This document shows positions 1-10,000 of a DNA stretch of 64,000 nucleotides, one piece after another. Made by a program: the position numbers and the translations under genes. Origin of the DNA: Fibrobacteria bacterium. Its GTDB lineage: Bacteria > Fibrobacterota > Fibrobacteria > UBA11236. The notes under the pieces are model-generated. The model was not told the origin of the DNA, searched no databases, and worked only from the letters and a program-made list of their open reading frames with translations. Numbering within the stretch: the stretch's first letter is position 1; every line of letters begins with the position of its first letter. The DNA lies in contig JAYTHY010000059.1 in NCBI GenBank assembly GCA_043732185.1, positions 28,962 through 92,961 of the forward strand. The letters are read 5' to 3'.

Positions 1-7
1 TCTGCCT

Positions 8-436
8 GTGGAAAAAAGAAAACAGTCTGCGCTGCGCCAGGTTAAACCAAAGTTGGTCATTTTAGATCTGGGGCACGATATTCCCGATCTTAAATCAGCT
101 CTCTCCGAGGTTGAAATCACCAACTTTCACATCAATTATGTTTCAGCACCCTTGAGAGATTGGAACAAGACGGCATTGCCGCGATTTGACTTCCTGCTCA
201 TCAACGAAGCATTGGCTTTTGAGGAATTTGGACGGGACTATTACTTGCTGGGACTCAGCGAACTTAAAGCAGATGCCAAATGCGCTTTGCTGATTAATTC
301 AGGCATGAGTGAGGAAGATAAGGAAGTGCGTCGTTTCCTTGGCTTCACCCTGATAGAAAAACCTTGCACCCCAAAGGAATTATTCGATAAACTTCAGGGA
401 ATTGTAGGATTGGATAGACGACAAAGAAACCCCTGA
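8..436 (+). CDS. Receiver (CheY-like) domain protein, probably a pseudo-receiver; may be 5'-truncated by the window edge
   Basis: beta1 KLVILD, beta3 FDFLLIN (Asn at the expected phospho-Asp position), beta5 LIEKPCTPKEL with conserved KP; frame is open to the window start. Confidence 0.55.
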   Translation: MEKRKQSALRQVKPKLVILDLGHDIPDLKSALSEVEITNFHINYVSAPLRDWNKTALPRFDFLLINEALAFEEFGRDYYLLGLSELKADAKCALLINSGMSEEDKEVRRFLGFTLIEKPCTPKELFDKLQGIVGLDRRQRNP

Positions 437-443
437 GGTCTAG

Positions 444-1757
444 GTGCTTGGAATTCGCAGGAACTCGCTTTCATATAAGACAGCGATTCTATACATAGTC
501 CTCACGGTGCTCATCACTTCAATATTCAATTTCATCATTTGGGAAAATCAAAGCGATTTGATCACGCGGAATCAGCAGTTGATTTCCGAGAATCAAAGCG
601 TAAGATTCAAACATATTTTCGCTCGTGAACGCGACCAGCTTAAGGATAAGCGCAATCCCGAACCCTATAAGCGAGTGGCTGCCGCTGTGGCCAAGGAAGG
701 CGTGACGGAAATGTCCGTCTTCACTGAATCCGGTGAAGTACTTTTTCATTCCGGAACCGCAGCTGTGGCCAAACCGGATGGCGAAGAAAAATTGGTTCTG
801 AACCGTGTCATCGCAAAATCGGAACTTGAAGACAAGGAGTTTTATCACGATATCCACATTCAGGAAAGATTGATTAACCTGTATATTCCCCTGGCCCTCG
901 AAAACGGCGAAGTCGTCATCGCCAAATTCCCGATTCATATTCAAAGTCTTGAATCCGAAAAAAATGTGCTTTTGCGACTTTGTCTCTTGGTTACTGTGAT
1001 CGTTATTTTTCTGCAATTCATCTTCGCCTTGTTCCTGCGCAACATGGTGATTGTGCCCATCACTAAGTTGGAGAAAATCACCCATGAAGTTTCTAAAGGT
1101 GATTTCAACGTGGCCATTGATATCAAGCAAGAGGATGAAATTGGTTTACTAGCAAATGCGTTTAAAGAAATGACCTTGAGCCTTGTGCGCATCCGCGAAG
1201 AAGCCAAGGGTGCGAACCCGCTTTCCGGTTTGCCTGGAAATAATGTGATTGTGAAAAAAATTGATGACATGATCAACGCCAAGAAGGAATTTTCTGTCAT
1301 TTACGGAGATTTGGATAATTTCAAAGCATACAATGATAAATACGGATTTTCTAAAGGCGATGACGCCATTCTCTATACGCGGGACTGTTTTCAGGATGCG
1401 GCCAAACGCTTTGGAGACGATTCCACCTTTGTAGGTCATGAAGGTGGAGATGACTTTGTGGTAGTGACAGGGTTCCATAACTGGGAAGAAATTAGCAAGG
1501 CGATTGTAACCGGATTCGACAGCGATGTGAAACAATTTTACAACGATACGGATGCCAAATCTGGTTTCATCGAATCCTTGGATCGCCAAGGCCGGCGCAT
1601 GCGATTTCCGCTAATGTCCATTTCGCTGGCAGTAGCCAGCAACCACTATCGCCCTATCACCGATCACCGTGCGATTGTTTCTATCGCAGCCGAAATGAAG
1701 AAATATGTCAAGAAAGTCGAAGGCAGCAATTACGCCATCGATAAACGGATCAACTGA
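444..1757 (+). CDS. Membrane diguanylate cyclase (TM-periplasmic domain-TM-HAMP-GGDEF)
   Basis: Two TM segments; HAMP (PITKL...GDF...DEIGLLANAF); ANPLSGLPGN, DLDNFKAYNDKYG and GHEGGDDF motifs; no RxxD I-site. Confidence 0.9.
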   Translation: MLGIRRNSLSYKTAILYIVLTVLITSIFNFIIWENQSDLITRNQQLISENQSVRFKHIFARERDQLKDKRNPEPYKRVAAAVAKEGVTEMSVFTESGEVLFHSGTAAVAKPDGEEKLVLNRVIAKSELEDKEFYHDIHIQERLINLYIPLALENGEVVIAKFPIHIQSLESEKNVLLRLCLLVTVIVIFLQFIFALFLRNMVIVPITKLEKITHEVSKGDFNVAIDIKQEDEIGLLANAFKEMTLSLVRIREEAKGANPLSGLPGNNVIVKKIDDMINAKKEFSVIYGDLDNFKAYNDKYGFSKGDDAILYTRDCFQDAAKRFGDDSTFVGHEGGDDFVVVTGFHNWEEISKAIVTGFDSDVKQFYNDTDAKSGFIESLDRQGRRMRFPLMSISLAVASNHYRPITDHRAIVSIAAEMKKYVKKVEGSNYAIDKRIN

Positions 1758-1799
1758 AGCCTTTCGAGAGTTGGGTGCAGTGAATATGGGGACAGGGGC

Positions 1800-3410
1800 A
1801 TGAGCGACAATAAAAGCTCAAGCAACTTTGGCAGTCTTTCGGAATTATGGTTCCATTCCAAGCCGATCATACTGATTGCATGCCTCATTTTATTCAGCCT
1901 CTATACCAACGAAGCGGTTATTCAATATAGGATGAACGAATACAATCGGGCTATGGAAACCCTTTCACAAACCTACAACTCCAGTCATGCACTTAATATG
2001 TTGGCTCGCTTTGAATTGATTAAAAAGCGACAAAACACCCCAGATGAAGATGAGACGGCCTTGGAACTCAAATTGCAGTCTTTGGGATCCAATAAATTGT
2101 TAGTTACCGAGACGCATACGCGCGGGATAAAATCAAAAATTATTGGCACCGTCATCAGTGGCGTGGGATTTGTCCTTGGTAAAAAAAAATCACAGACGGA
2201 TGTCCCTAACAAAATCATCAACGGTTTAGAAGCCGCCTATTTTTACGAACGCTCCCGAAAATACGATAAGGCGATTGAAATCTATACACAGAGCTTGAAC
2301 GATAAAAGCATTCCTGCCGAGGTTACGGCTACGTTACTCTTGCACCGCGGATTCTGTACCAGCCTCATGGGCGAATACAAGAAAGCCATTGTCGATTTTG
2401 AAAAAACATCCGACCTTGTGCCCCAATCGGAAGAAGCGCAAGTTGCCATCAAACTGAAAGAGTTGACGCAAGGGCTGGAAAACCAGGTCAAGCTTGCCCG
2501 CGACGCCAAGCTGAGTCCGTTTGAGGCTGGGCGCCAGATGTTCCTGCTTGCCAATTATGCCGAGGCGGCAAAAAGTCTACAGAAAATTCTCGCTAACCCG
2601 GCATCGGATTCATTGGAGCGTATTCAAAGTCGTTATCTCTATGGAAGGTCTCAAGAGGAACTGGGACAAGATAGTGATGCGGTGCTCACTTATCGCTCCG
2701 TTATCCAGCAGGCTCCCAATTCGGAAGAAGCCAAAAAATCGAATCGCCGACTTTATGTGCTGGGAAAATTCTATAGCCATGATGAAGATTTGGCCAAGGC
2801 AGCCCTTAAAAAAATGGAGAAGTATCAGGATTTTAAATTCATCAACAGCTTAAAATCATTGGCTGTACCTAAGGCTAGGGAATCCGCTCCAGGCACAGGA
2901 GCCGGTAGCGGTGAGGACGTGTCCACAAATACCGAGGAGCATGCAGCCCAAAAATTGGAAAAAGTGGATGTCGCAGACCTTAAAGGCGATGCGAAAGCCG
3001 TTCAAGAAGCCCTGAAAGCCGTGGATAAGAGTGAACCAGAGAAACTTTCCGCCACTCTCAAGACGGATGTTAAAGCCCGGCGCGCCAATGCTCGAATTAT
3101 TGCCGATCCCTTACGGCAAGAGTCGATATTCGCATCCATCGAGAGCAATATGAGCGAAATGGAGTTTATCTACCAGAAGTTTATGCGAAAGGGAGTTGTA
3201 TTTGAAGGTAATCTTACCATTCGCATACTTATTGACCCGGCCGGTAAAGTAAAGGACGCCCGCATCGTCAGCGAAAAGAGTACCATTGACAATGCCTCCT
3301 TCGGTTCTGAAATCCTGCAAAACGTCAAAAAATGGCGGTTCCGGGAAGACCCACAGGCAAATGGGGACATTCCCGTTTCCTTTCCCTTAAGGTTTGTAAA
3401 TAAGGAATAG
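1800..3410 (+). CDS. Membrane-anchored TPR protein with C-terminal TonB-C / AgmX-PglI-like domain
   Basis: N-terminal TM, multiple TPR-like repeats, C-terminal YQKFMRK...FEGNLTIRILIDPAGKV...VKKWRF...VSFPLRF. Confidence 0.7.
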   Translation: MSDNKSSSNFGSLSELWFHSKPIILIACLILFSLYTNEAVIQYRMNEYNRAMETLSQTYNSSHALNMLARFELIKKRQNTPDEDETALELKLQSLGSNKLLVTETHTRGIKSKIIGTVISGVGFVLGKKKSQTDVPNKIINGLEAAYFYERSRKYDKAIEIYTQSLNDKSIPAEVTATLLLHRGFCTSLMGEYKKAIVDFEKTSDLVPQSEEAQVAIKLKELTQGLENQVKLARDAKLSPFEAGRQMFLLANYAEAAKSLQKILANPASDSLERIQSRYLYGRSQEELGQDSDAVLTYRSVIQQAPNSEEAKKSNRRLYVLGKFYSHDEDLAKAALKKMEKYQDFKFINSLKSLAVPKARESAPGTGAGSGEDVSTNTEEHAAQKLEKVDVADLKGDAKAVQEALKAVDKSEPEKLSATLKTDVKARRANARIIADPLRQESIFASIESNMSEMEFIYQKFMRKGVVFEGNLTIRILIDPAGKVKDARIVSEKSTIDNASFGSEILQNVKKWRFREDPQANGDIPVSFPLRFVNKE

Positions 3411-3427
3411 ACGGCAGAAAAAAATGC

Positions 3428-3455
3428 TTGACAATCCTGATTCCCAAGATATATT
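3428..3455 (+). promoter_or_regulatory. Putative sigma70 promoter for the small acidic ORF-mltD-sppA unit
   Basis: TTGACA (3428-33), 16-bp spacer, TATATT (3450-55). Confidence 0.5.
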
Positions 3456-3490
3456 TGCACCAAATTGCGGAAAGAATGCAGGAAGATAAT

Positions 3491-3703
3491 ATGGAATTGA
3501 GTCAGGCGGATAAATGGGATTGCGGAAGACGTCCGAAACACGACGACTTTGACGATTTAGAGCCTTTTGAAAATGAAGACGAAGAGGCTGATGAAGCGGA
3601 CAGTGAAGAGGATGAAAACGAAGAAGTAGACTTCGATAATCCTAAGTTTAAGAAAACCGATATTTGGAATGACTACGCCGAGGATTTGGATTTCGAGGAG
3701 TAA
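3491..3703 (+). CDS. Small hyper-acidic hypothetical protein (70 aa)
   Basis: AGGA SD upstream of ATG 3491; about 31 of 70 residues are D/E; ends 6 nt before the next gene. Confidence 0.6.
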   Translation: MELSQADKWDCGRRPKHDDFDDLEPFENEDEEADEADSEEDENEEVDFDNPKFKKTDIWNDYAEDLDFEE

Positions 3704-3709
3704 GGCTGC

Positions 3710-5932
3710 TTGTCGCCTAAGCCGTCATTACTGGTTTTAGGCTTGCTTTTTCTGGTAGCCTGTACCAGTACCAAGCCTACTAAGCCCTTAACCACTGAAA
3801 ACAAAGCCGATTCTGGTCAGGGGGTATTGCATTCTCCTGGCCTTGTCCCCGAAGAGGAAATGCTTTTTTCGGAGGTGACCGAGTTCATAAACTTGGGGTT
3901 AGAAAGCATTACCGATTCCTTATGGTTCCAGGCTGGTGAAGATTTCGATAGCGCCCTGATTAAATTAGCTGGGCTGGAAGCAACCGATTCTTTGAGTCCC
4001 AGCGTGTTAACCAAGATTAAGGTATACCGGGATAGCGTACAAAATCTACTGATTGGTACCGTTGCCAAGACCAGTCAAATGTCCCAACCGGTACCCTTGA
4101 CTGAGCTGTTTGACCAAGAAATGGAAGGCGTTTCCGATTCCTCCGTACACGCAATCGATTCCATCACGCATTACATCAATCCAAAAGCCTATGACCTGCC
4201 CTTGACTTCACCCCTGGACCCTAGAGTCCTCCAGGCTATTTCGGTCTTCATGGGGCCCGGGAAGGGCTATTTTGCCAAATGGCTAAATCGCAAATCCAGG
4301 TACGAAAAAATCATCCGGACGAAACTGGCTGAACGCGATATGCCCAAAGATTTGATGTACTTGGCGATGGTAGAGAGTGGCTTCAATCCAAAAGCCTGGT
4401 CCAAGGCCTCTGCCAGTGGTATGTGGCAATTTATCAGCGGCACAGGCCGTCGTTATGGACTGCAGGATGATTGGTGGTATGATGCGCGACGCGACCCAAT
4501 AATGGCTACCGATGCGGCCTTGGATTATCTTGGGGATTTGAACGACGAATTCGAGGACTGGCATCTGGCAATGGCCGCGTATAATTGCGGCGAAGGTCGA
4601 ATCCGCCGTTATCGCAGCCAGGATTCGAGTTTAACCTATTGGAAGATGCCGTTGCCGCAGGAAACCCGTTTTTATGTACCCAAGATTCTGGCCGCCATGA
4701 TTATCGGGCATAATCCAGAGCGTTATGGATTTGTCGTGGACAAACCTGAGTTACCTTTGGAATTCGATACGGCCTCTGTTCATGATTGCTTGTCCATCCG
4801 TGCTATCGCCCAGGCGGCTGGCGTGAGTGAAGATACCATCATCAGTTTAAATCCTGCGTTGAGACGCTGGTGTACGCCCCCTGACCAACGTGAGTATCAG
4901 GTAAATATTCCTACTGGGACTAGGGACGTCTTTCTTCAGAATTATGCGTTGTTGGATAAAAGCCAACTTGTCACTTGGCACCATCATATTGTCGGCAGAG
5001 GCGATAATATCAACTCAATAGCGTCCCGGTACCGCGTTTCCGTGGCGGCCATTAAAGCCACAAATAAGATTAAAGGAAATAAACTGCATAAGGGCCAAAG
5101 CTTATTGATTCCCCTTGCGCCGGTGGACGCTGTGAAATATGCCGAAAAAGATGAGCCGGGACGCAGCGAACGCAGCGGAGGCCGAAGGGGAAATAGTTTC
5201 CAAAGGGGCACGTATAAAGTACGCAGTGGGGACAATCTTTTTGACATTGCCCGTCGCTTCAATACCACCGTATCGCAATTAAAATTGGCCAACCACTTAC
5301 GTTCTGGCACTGGCATTAGGCCAGGGCAAAAGCTCCGTCTTGGGACCAAACCCGCATTGACTCGTGAGGATGATATGGAAGACCATCATGAACCAGAAGC
5401 CCGAAATGCCTTGAAAAAGGTCGATGAAACCGTGGAAACTTCACTCCGTACAGGAACCAAACCAGGGTTAAGTAACAAGTTTCAAGTTTATCGCGTGACG
5501 GCGAATGAAAATATTTTTTCCATTGCCATGAAGCTGGGAATAAGCGAAAACAATTTGCGCAAATGGAACGGCATCCAAGGTAACCGAATTTTAGTTGGGC
5601 AAAAATTGAAATATTTGGGGACACGGCGGACGGATCAACGTGCGAATGATCAAGATGAGCCTGGCTCGGATGGGGAAGAGGAGGCTGTAGTCGCTGGTTC
5701 ATCAAAAGATTCACCCTCTGGAAAATCAACTTCACTCGCAGCCAGTATGGCTATTGAAGCGACAGGCAACAGCCAAAACAAGGTTACCGAAAAGCAATAT
5801 TACCTGATTAAAGGCGGCGACAGCCTATGGGATATTGCCGTAAAATACCGTAGCACCGTGCAAAGACTCAAGGAACTAAATGGCCGCTTGCCAGCAGTGC
5901 TTAAACCAGGAACACGGATCAGGGTCAAATAA
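3710..5932 (+). CDS. mltD: Membrane-bound lytic murein transglycosylase D-like lipoprotein (SLT + 4 LysM)
   Basis: Lipobox LVAC; AMVESGFNP, GMWQF, AAYNCGEG, ETRFYVPKI; four LysM repeats. Confidence 0.9.
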   Translation: MSPKPSLLVLGLLFLVACTSTKPTKPLTTENKADSGQGVLHSPGLVPEEEMLFSEVTEFINLGLESITDSLWFQAGEDFDSALIKLAGLEATDSLSPSVLTKIKVYRDSVQNLLIGTVAKTSQMSQPVPLTELFDQEMEGVSDSSVHAIDSITHYINPKAYDLPLTSPLDPRVLQAISVFMGPGKGYFAKWLNRKSRYEKIIRTKLAERDMPKDLMYLAMVESGFNPKAWSKASASGMWQFISGTGRRYGLQDDWWYDARRDPIMATDAALDYLGDLNDEFEDWHLAMAAYNCGEGRIRRYRSQDSSLTYWKMPLPQETRFYVPKILAAMIIGHNPERYGFVVDKPELPLEFDTASVHDCLSIRAIAQAAGVSEDTIISLNPALRRWCTPPDQREYQVNIPTGTRDVFLQNYALLDKSQLVTWHHHIVGRGDNINSIASRYRVSVAAIKATNKIKGNKLHKGQSLLIPLAPVDAVKYAEKDEPGRSERSGGRRGNSFQRGTYKVRSGDNLFDIARRFNTTVSQLKLANHLRSGTGIRPGQKLRLGTKPALTREDDMEDHHEPEARNALKKVDETVETSLRTGTKPGLSNKFQVYRVTANENIFSIAMKLGISENNLRKWNGIQGNRILVGQKLKYLGTRRTDQRANDQDEPGSDGEEEAVVAGSSKDSPSGKSTSLAASMAIEATGNSQNKVTEKQYYLIKGGDSLWDIAVKYRSTVQRLKELNGRLPAVLKPGTRIRVK

Positions 5933-5949
5933 CCTGATAGGAGAAATTC

Positions 5950-6867
5950 ATGTCCAGATTTTTTAAGACCATGTCCGTGTTGGCCGTGGTTGCAATTATC
6001 GCCTTTATCTTCTTTTTAAATTCATTGGTAGGCTTATTTGGCCGACTTGCCGATGGGGGAACCGTCGGCGGGATGGGAAATAAGCCCCATATCACGGTGC
6101 TGAAAGTCGATGGCGTCATCATGGAATCAGATAAATATTTGGAAAGCATACAGAGGATTTCTGAAGATGGGTCATGCAAAGGTATTCTGTTGCGAATCGA
6201 TTCGCCTGGTGGCGCGGTGGGCGCGTCACAAGAAATTTTGTCAGCCTTGCAGGGATTAAAATCCAAGGGACTCCCAATTGTAGTAAGCCAAGGGAATTTG
6301 GCGGCTTCGGGTGGATATTACATCTCCTTGGCGGGAAGTAAAATTTTTGCCAATCCTGGCACCTTGACCGGCAGCATCGGTGTAATCATGCAGTTTCCTG
6401 AAGCATCCAAGCTCATGGAAAAAGTGGGAATTGGGCTCAATACTGTTAAAAGCGGAGCGCTTAAAGATGTGGGCAATTTTTCCCGCGCCTCGACTCCGGA
6501 GGAAATTCGATATTTACAATCCGTCATCGACAACACGTACAACCAGTTTTTAGACGATATTCTGGCGAGCCGAAAAGTAGCCCGCGCTGACCTTTTAAAA
6601 ATTGCCGATGGAAGGGTAATGACAGGAAGGCAAGCGCTTGCCTCTGGCCTGATAGACACTCTAGGCGGATTCCAAGAAGCCAAAGCCTACTTGGCCAAAC
6701 TGGTCCACTTGGATGAGCATGCCGCAATCGTCAATGAACCTCCTGTCAAACATTGGATGGAATCCTTTATCGAGTCCAATTCTTCAACTTCTCTTGGGAT
6801 TTTGGGACAAGCGGCCAAAACCCTTTTGCCACAGGTTCGCCAAGGCACTTTTTTCATCTGGAAGTAA
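5950..6867 (+). CDS. sppA: Signal peptide peptidase SppA (36K type, peptidase S49)
   Basis: RIDSPGG, AASGGYY, TGSIGVI, SGALKD, DGRVMTGRQA. Confidence 0.95.
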   Translation: MSRFFKTMSVLAVVAIIAFIFFLNSLVGLFGRLADGGTVGGMGNKPHITVLKVDGVIMESDKYLESIQRISEDGSCKGILLRIDSPGGAVGASQEILSALQGLKSKGLPIVVSQGNLAASGGYYISLAGSKIFANPGTLTGSIGVIMQFPEASKLMEKVGIGLNTVKSGALKDVGNFSRASTPEEIRYLQSVIDNTYNQFLDDILASRKVARADLLKIADGRVMTGRQALASGLIDTLGGFQEAKAYLAKLVHLDEHAAIVNEPPVKHWMESFIESNSSTSLGILGQAAKTLLPQVRQGTFFIWK

Positions 6868-7000
6868 AGCGCAGCACATAATTCAAGTTTGGCACTGGAT
6901 CCCGCGAATTTCTTTCCCATTTCTATCCGACTTTGTAAATATATAGGCACGACCTCGGATTGGTTGTTTAACAATTGATGGACAGTTCTGGGCAAAATAA

Positions 7001-10000
7001 ATGAAGCCAACAAGCAAGCAGTTTCCGATGACCTTACGGTTTGTGCTTATTCTTTTTCTGCTGATTTTCTTGGCCATTCCGGCTTTAGCGGAATCCCCAT
7101 TGTCCCAACACCAATTTGAACGCGTATTGGAAGACACTCCCGAAAAACTGGTATTAGAAATTTCCAATCCGGACTTTAACTTAGTTCGCGTAGATGAGGC
7201 AGGTACCTTTCAAGTGACCTGTAACGGGTGTTCCCGATCTGGAATTCCCGGTTCCCCAGATTTGCCAGTATATCGATTTGACGTGATTACAGGTACTTCC
7301 GCCCCACAAGTAAAAATCAATATTCTTGAGACAGAGACGCGCACAGTGATGGGGGGTATTTCGCCCTATCCGAATTTCTTATCGCCCACAAAAATGGAAT
7401 ACCACGCGGACGTCCGCCTCTTCCGCGAGGCAGCCAATCTAGAGCCACAATTGCTCAATGTCCGCACGCTCAGAGGCGTGCCCATTCGAGGCATTGAAAC
7501 GCCTTTGACACTTTGGTCCGAATCTGGTAAAACTTTAACCTTGATCAAAAGAATGCAAGTAGAAGTTCGGTTTGCGGGAGTTTTTGGCCAACGAGCGACA
7601 AATAGGTTGTCGGGTTCTTTCGCCGCAGCGGTAAAAAATCCTCTCGGAGGTGCGTATTTGTACCGATCCAATTCACCGGTTGCCTTGCGTAAGAACTCGG
7701 CTGCACATTTCGAATTGGGAAATCGGTTTATCCGGTTTAAAATTGGTGACCGCAATTTGGAAAATTTGGATGAGGACCGCGTCTATGGCGTTTCCTTTTC
7801 GGATTTGGTACGTGTCGCGACGGATTTGAATGGAGTGAGCGTTTCCAATTTGAGAATGTATACGGGTCCAAACGATAGTTTATCGCGTGACATGCAAGCA
7901 CAAATTCTACCCGGTACTTTGCGGGAAATCCCCATTGAAGTTCTGGATAAAAACGGGAATAAAACCTTCGATGAAGGGGATTCGGTTCGCTTCTTTGCGC
8001 ATGGAACCAGCCTCTGGACGCGGCTTCCTGGAAACCGTGGCCCCATTCGTTATGAATTCACATCAGATCCCTATTCGTTTGAGAATTATTATTTCCTCGA
8101 TTTTTCTGAAAGTGGGAAAACGGGGGCTGCCTTGCGACTCAGCGAATCCGCTTCGGTACCGGTGGTTTCTCCTGTTAAAACCTCTTCATATAGTTACCTG
8201 CGCGCTGAAAAAGATTTGCAAACTGCAGCTTGTGATCCCAGTGGTCATAAAGATGAGGAAACCGGTTTTGATTGGTATTGGTATTGGAAGGGCAACGGTT
8301 GTGAAGGAGACAATGGGACTACTTTGTCCAAGTCCCAACTCGCCAGTGATGAAACCGACTCCCTTCCTGATCTCGACCGAAGCATACCCGGAGACTCCAT
8401 TTTCGTTGGTTTCTATGTTGCTCAGCTTGTTCAGGATAGTGGCTTCACAGTTTACTTTGGTGGCAACGGTGATGCACTAGACATTTTGCGAGTGCCAATT
8501 CAAGATACATCCGTGCACCCTCTACCAAACTATTCGCCAGGCAGCTACTATGTTTGGACAAAACCTGTAAAAGACGCTCCAGTATTCCAACTGGACTCTC
8601 TAAAGTGGCCGCGGGAACGTCGCTTCGAGGGGTATACAGTGAGTTATCGGCGTAATCACGTTTTTTCTGGGAAGCCGCTTTGGATATACCCTACGGAATT
8701 TGGGAAGCCTGTATCCTATAAAGTAAGTGGTGGGGAGGGCAAGCAGTGTTTGCGCATCGAAGATGGTGTGGCAGTTCGGCGGATGGTTCTGGATGGCTCG
8801 GAAACATTTACTGACAGCCTATCAGTGGGAGCGAATGCGAGATATTTTATCTACTCCAATGCAACAGGATTATCTCCAGCCAGCACTGAGTTTCAATCCC
8901 TACCCTCAACCGGTACATCGCTCCGAAATTTGGAAACAGGAGATGGCGAAAATCCGGAATATATTATCGTAACACCGGCTTCTCTCCTTCATGAGGCTCT
9001 AGAGCTTAAAGACTACCGAAACAAAGTTTCACGCAGCGTGCACGTGCGCACCTCCGTTGTTCAAGTGGAGGACATCTATCGTCAGTTCTCAAGCGGTCGG
9101 TTATCAACGGTAGCCATTCGCGATTTTCTGCGTTGGGCGTATTCAGGTTGGGGCACCAAGAGTAGCGATTCTCATGCGCTCAAATATGTGCTTTTATTTG
9201 GAGATGGAAATTATGATTTTCGGAATATAAAGGCATCGGTGATGAAAGCGGCTCCGCCAAATTTAATTCCGCCCTTCGAGTGCTTTCCTTTTGACAATGA
9301 TGAAATTGCAACCGATGATTTTTACGCAGCGCTCGATTCGAATGAAAATGACTTGCTCAATCTCGGTCTAGATGTTTCCGTTGGTCGACTCCCGGTACAG
9401 TCAGCGGATCAGGCCAAGGCATATCTCCAAAAAATTAAGGACTACGAAGATCCTACAAAGGCTGGGGAATGGCGCTCGCGTGTTATTATGGCCGCCGATG
9501 ACGCCACCCAACGCGGCGCGAATGGTGACTATGACCCAATTCCGCGCGGCCATACCACCGATTCTGATAACCTAGGCAAAGACATTAATGGGAATGAGCC
9601 TGCGGTTTCCGTGGACAAAATTTATCTACTGGATTACCCGATGAATTCGTCGTACCACAAACCTGAAGCGACGCAAGACTTGCTTTCCCTTATTAACCGC
9701 GGTGCCGTTATGGTCAACTATGTGGGGCATGGGGCGTCTAACCAGTGGGCGGATGAAGCCTTGCTTTTGACAAATGACGCTCTTTCGAGGATGCATAATG
9801 AAGGCCGCACTCCTATGATAAATGCTTTTTCCTGCACAGTGGGTCGATTTGAAAGTTTAACTGGGGAAGGAATGAGTGAGCAATTTGTTAAACAAAAAGG
9901 TGTGGGGGCGATTGCAGCGATCTCATCTACTCGCGAATCCTATCCCGAAGTCAATATTGCTTTAGCAAGCGCCTTTTATCGACGAGTCTTTCCAGCAGAT

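Noticed and set aside
6888..6908. TTGGCAC upstream of porU as a sigma54 promoter
   Set aside because: GG to GC spacing is 11 rather than 10, and the -12 element is poor
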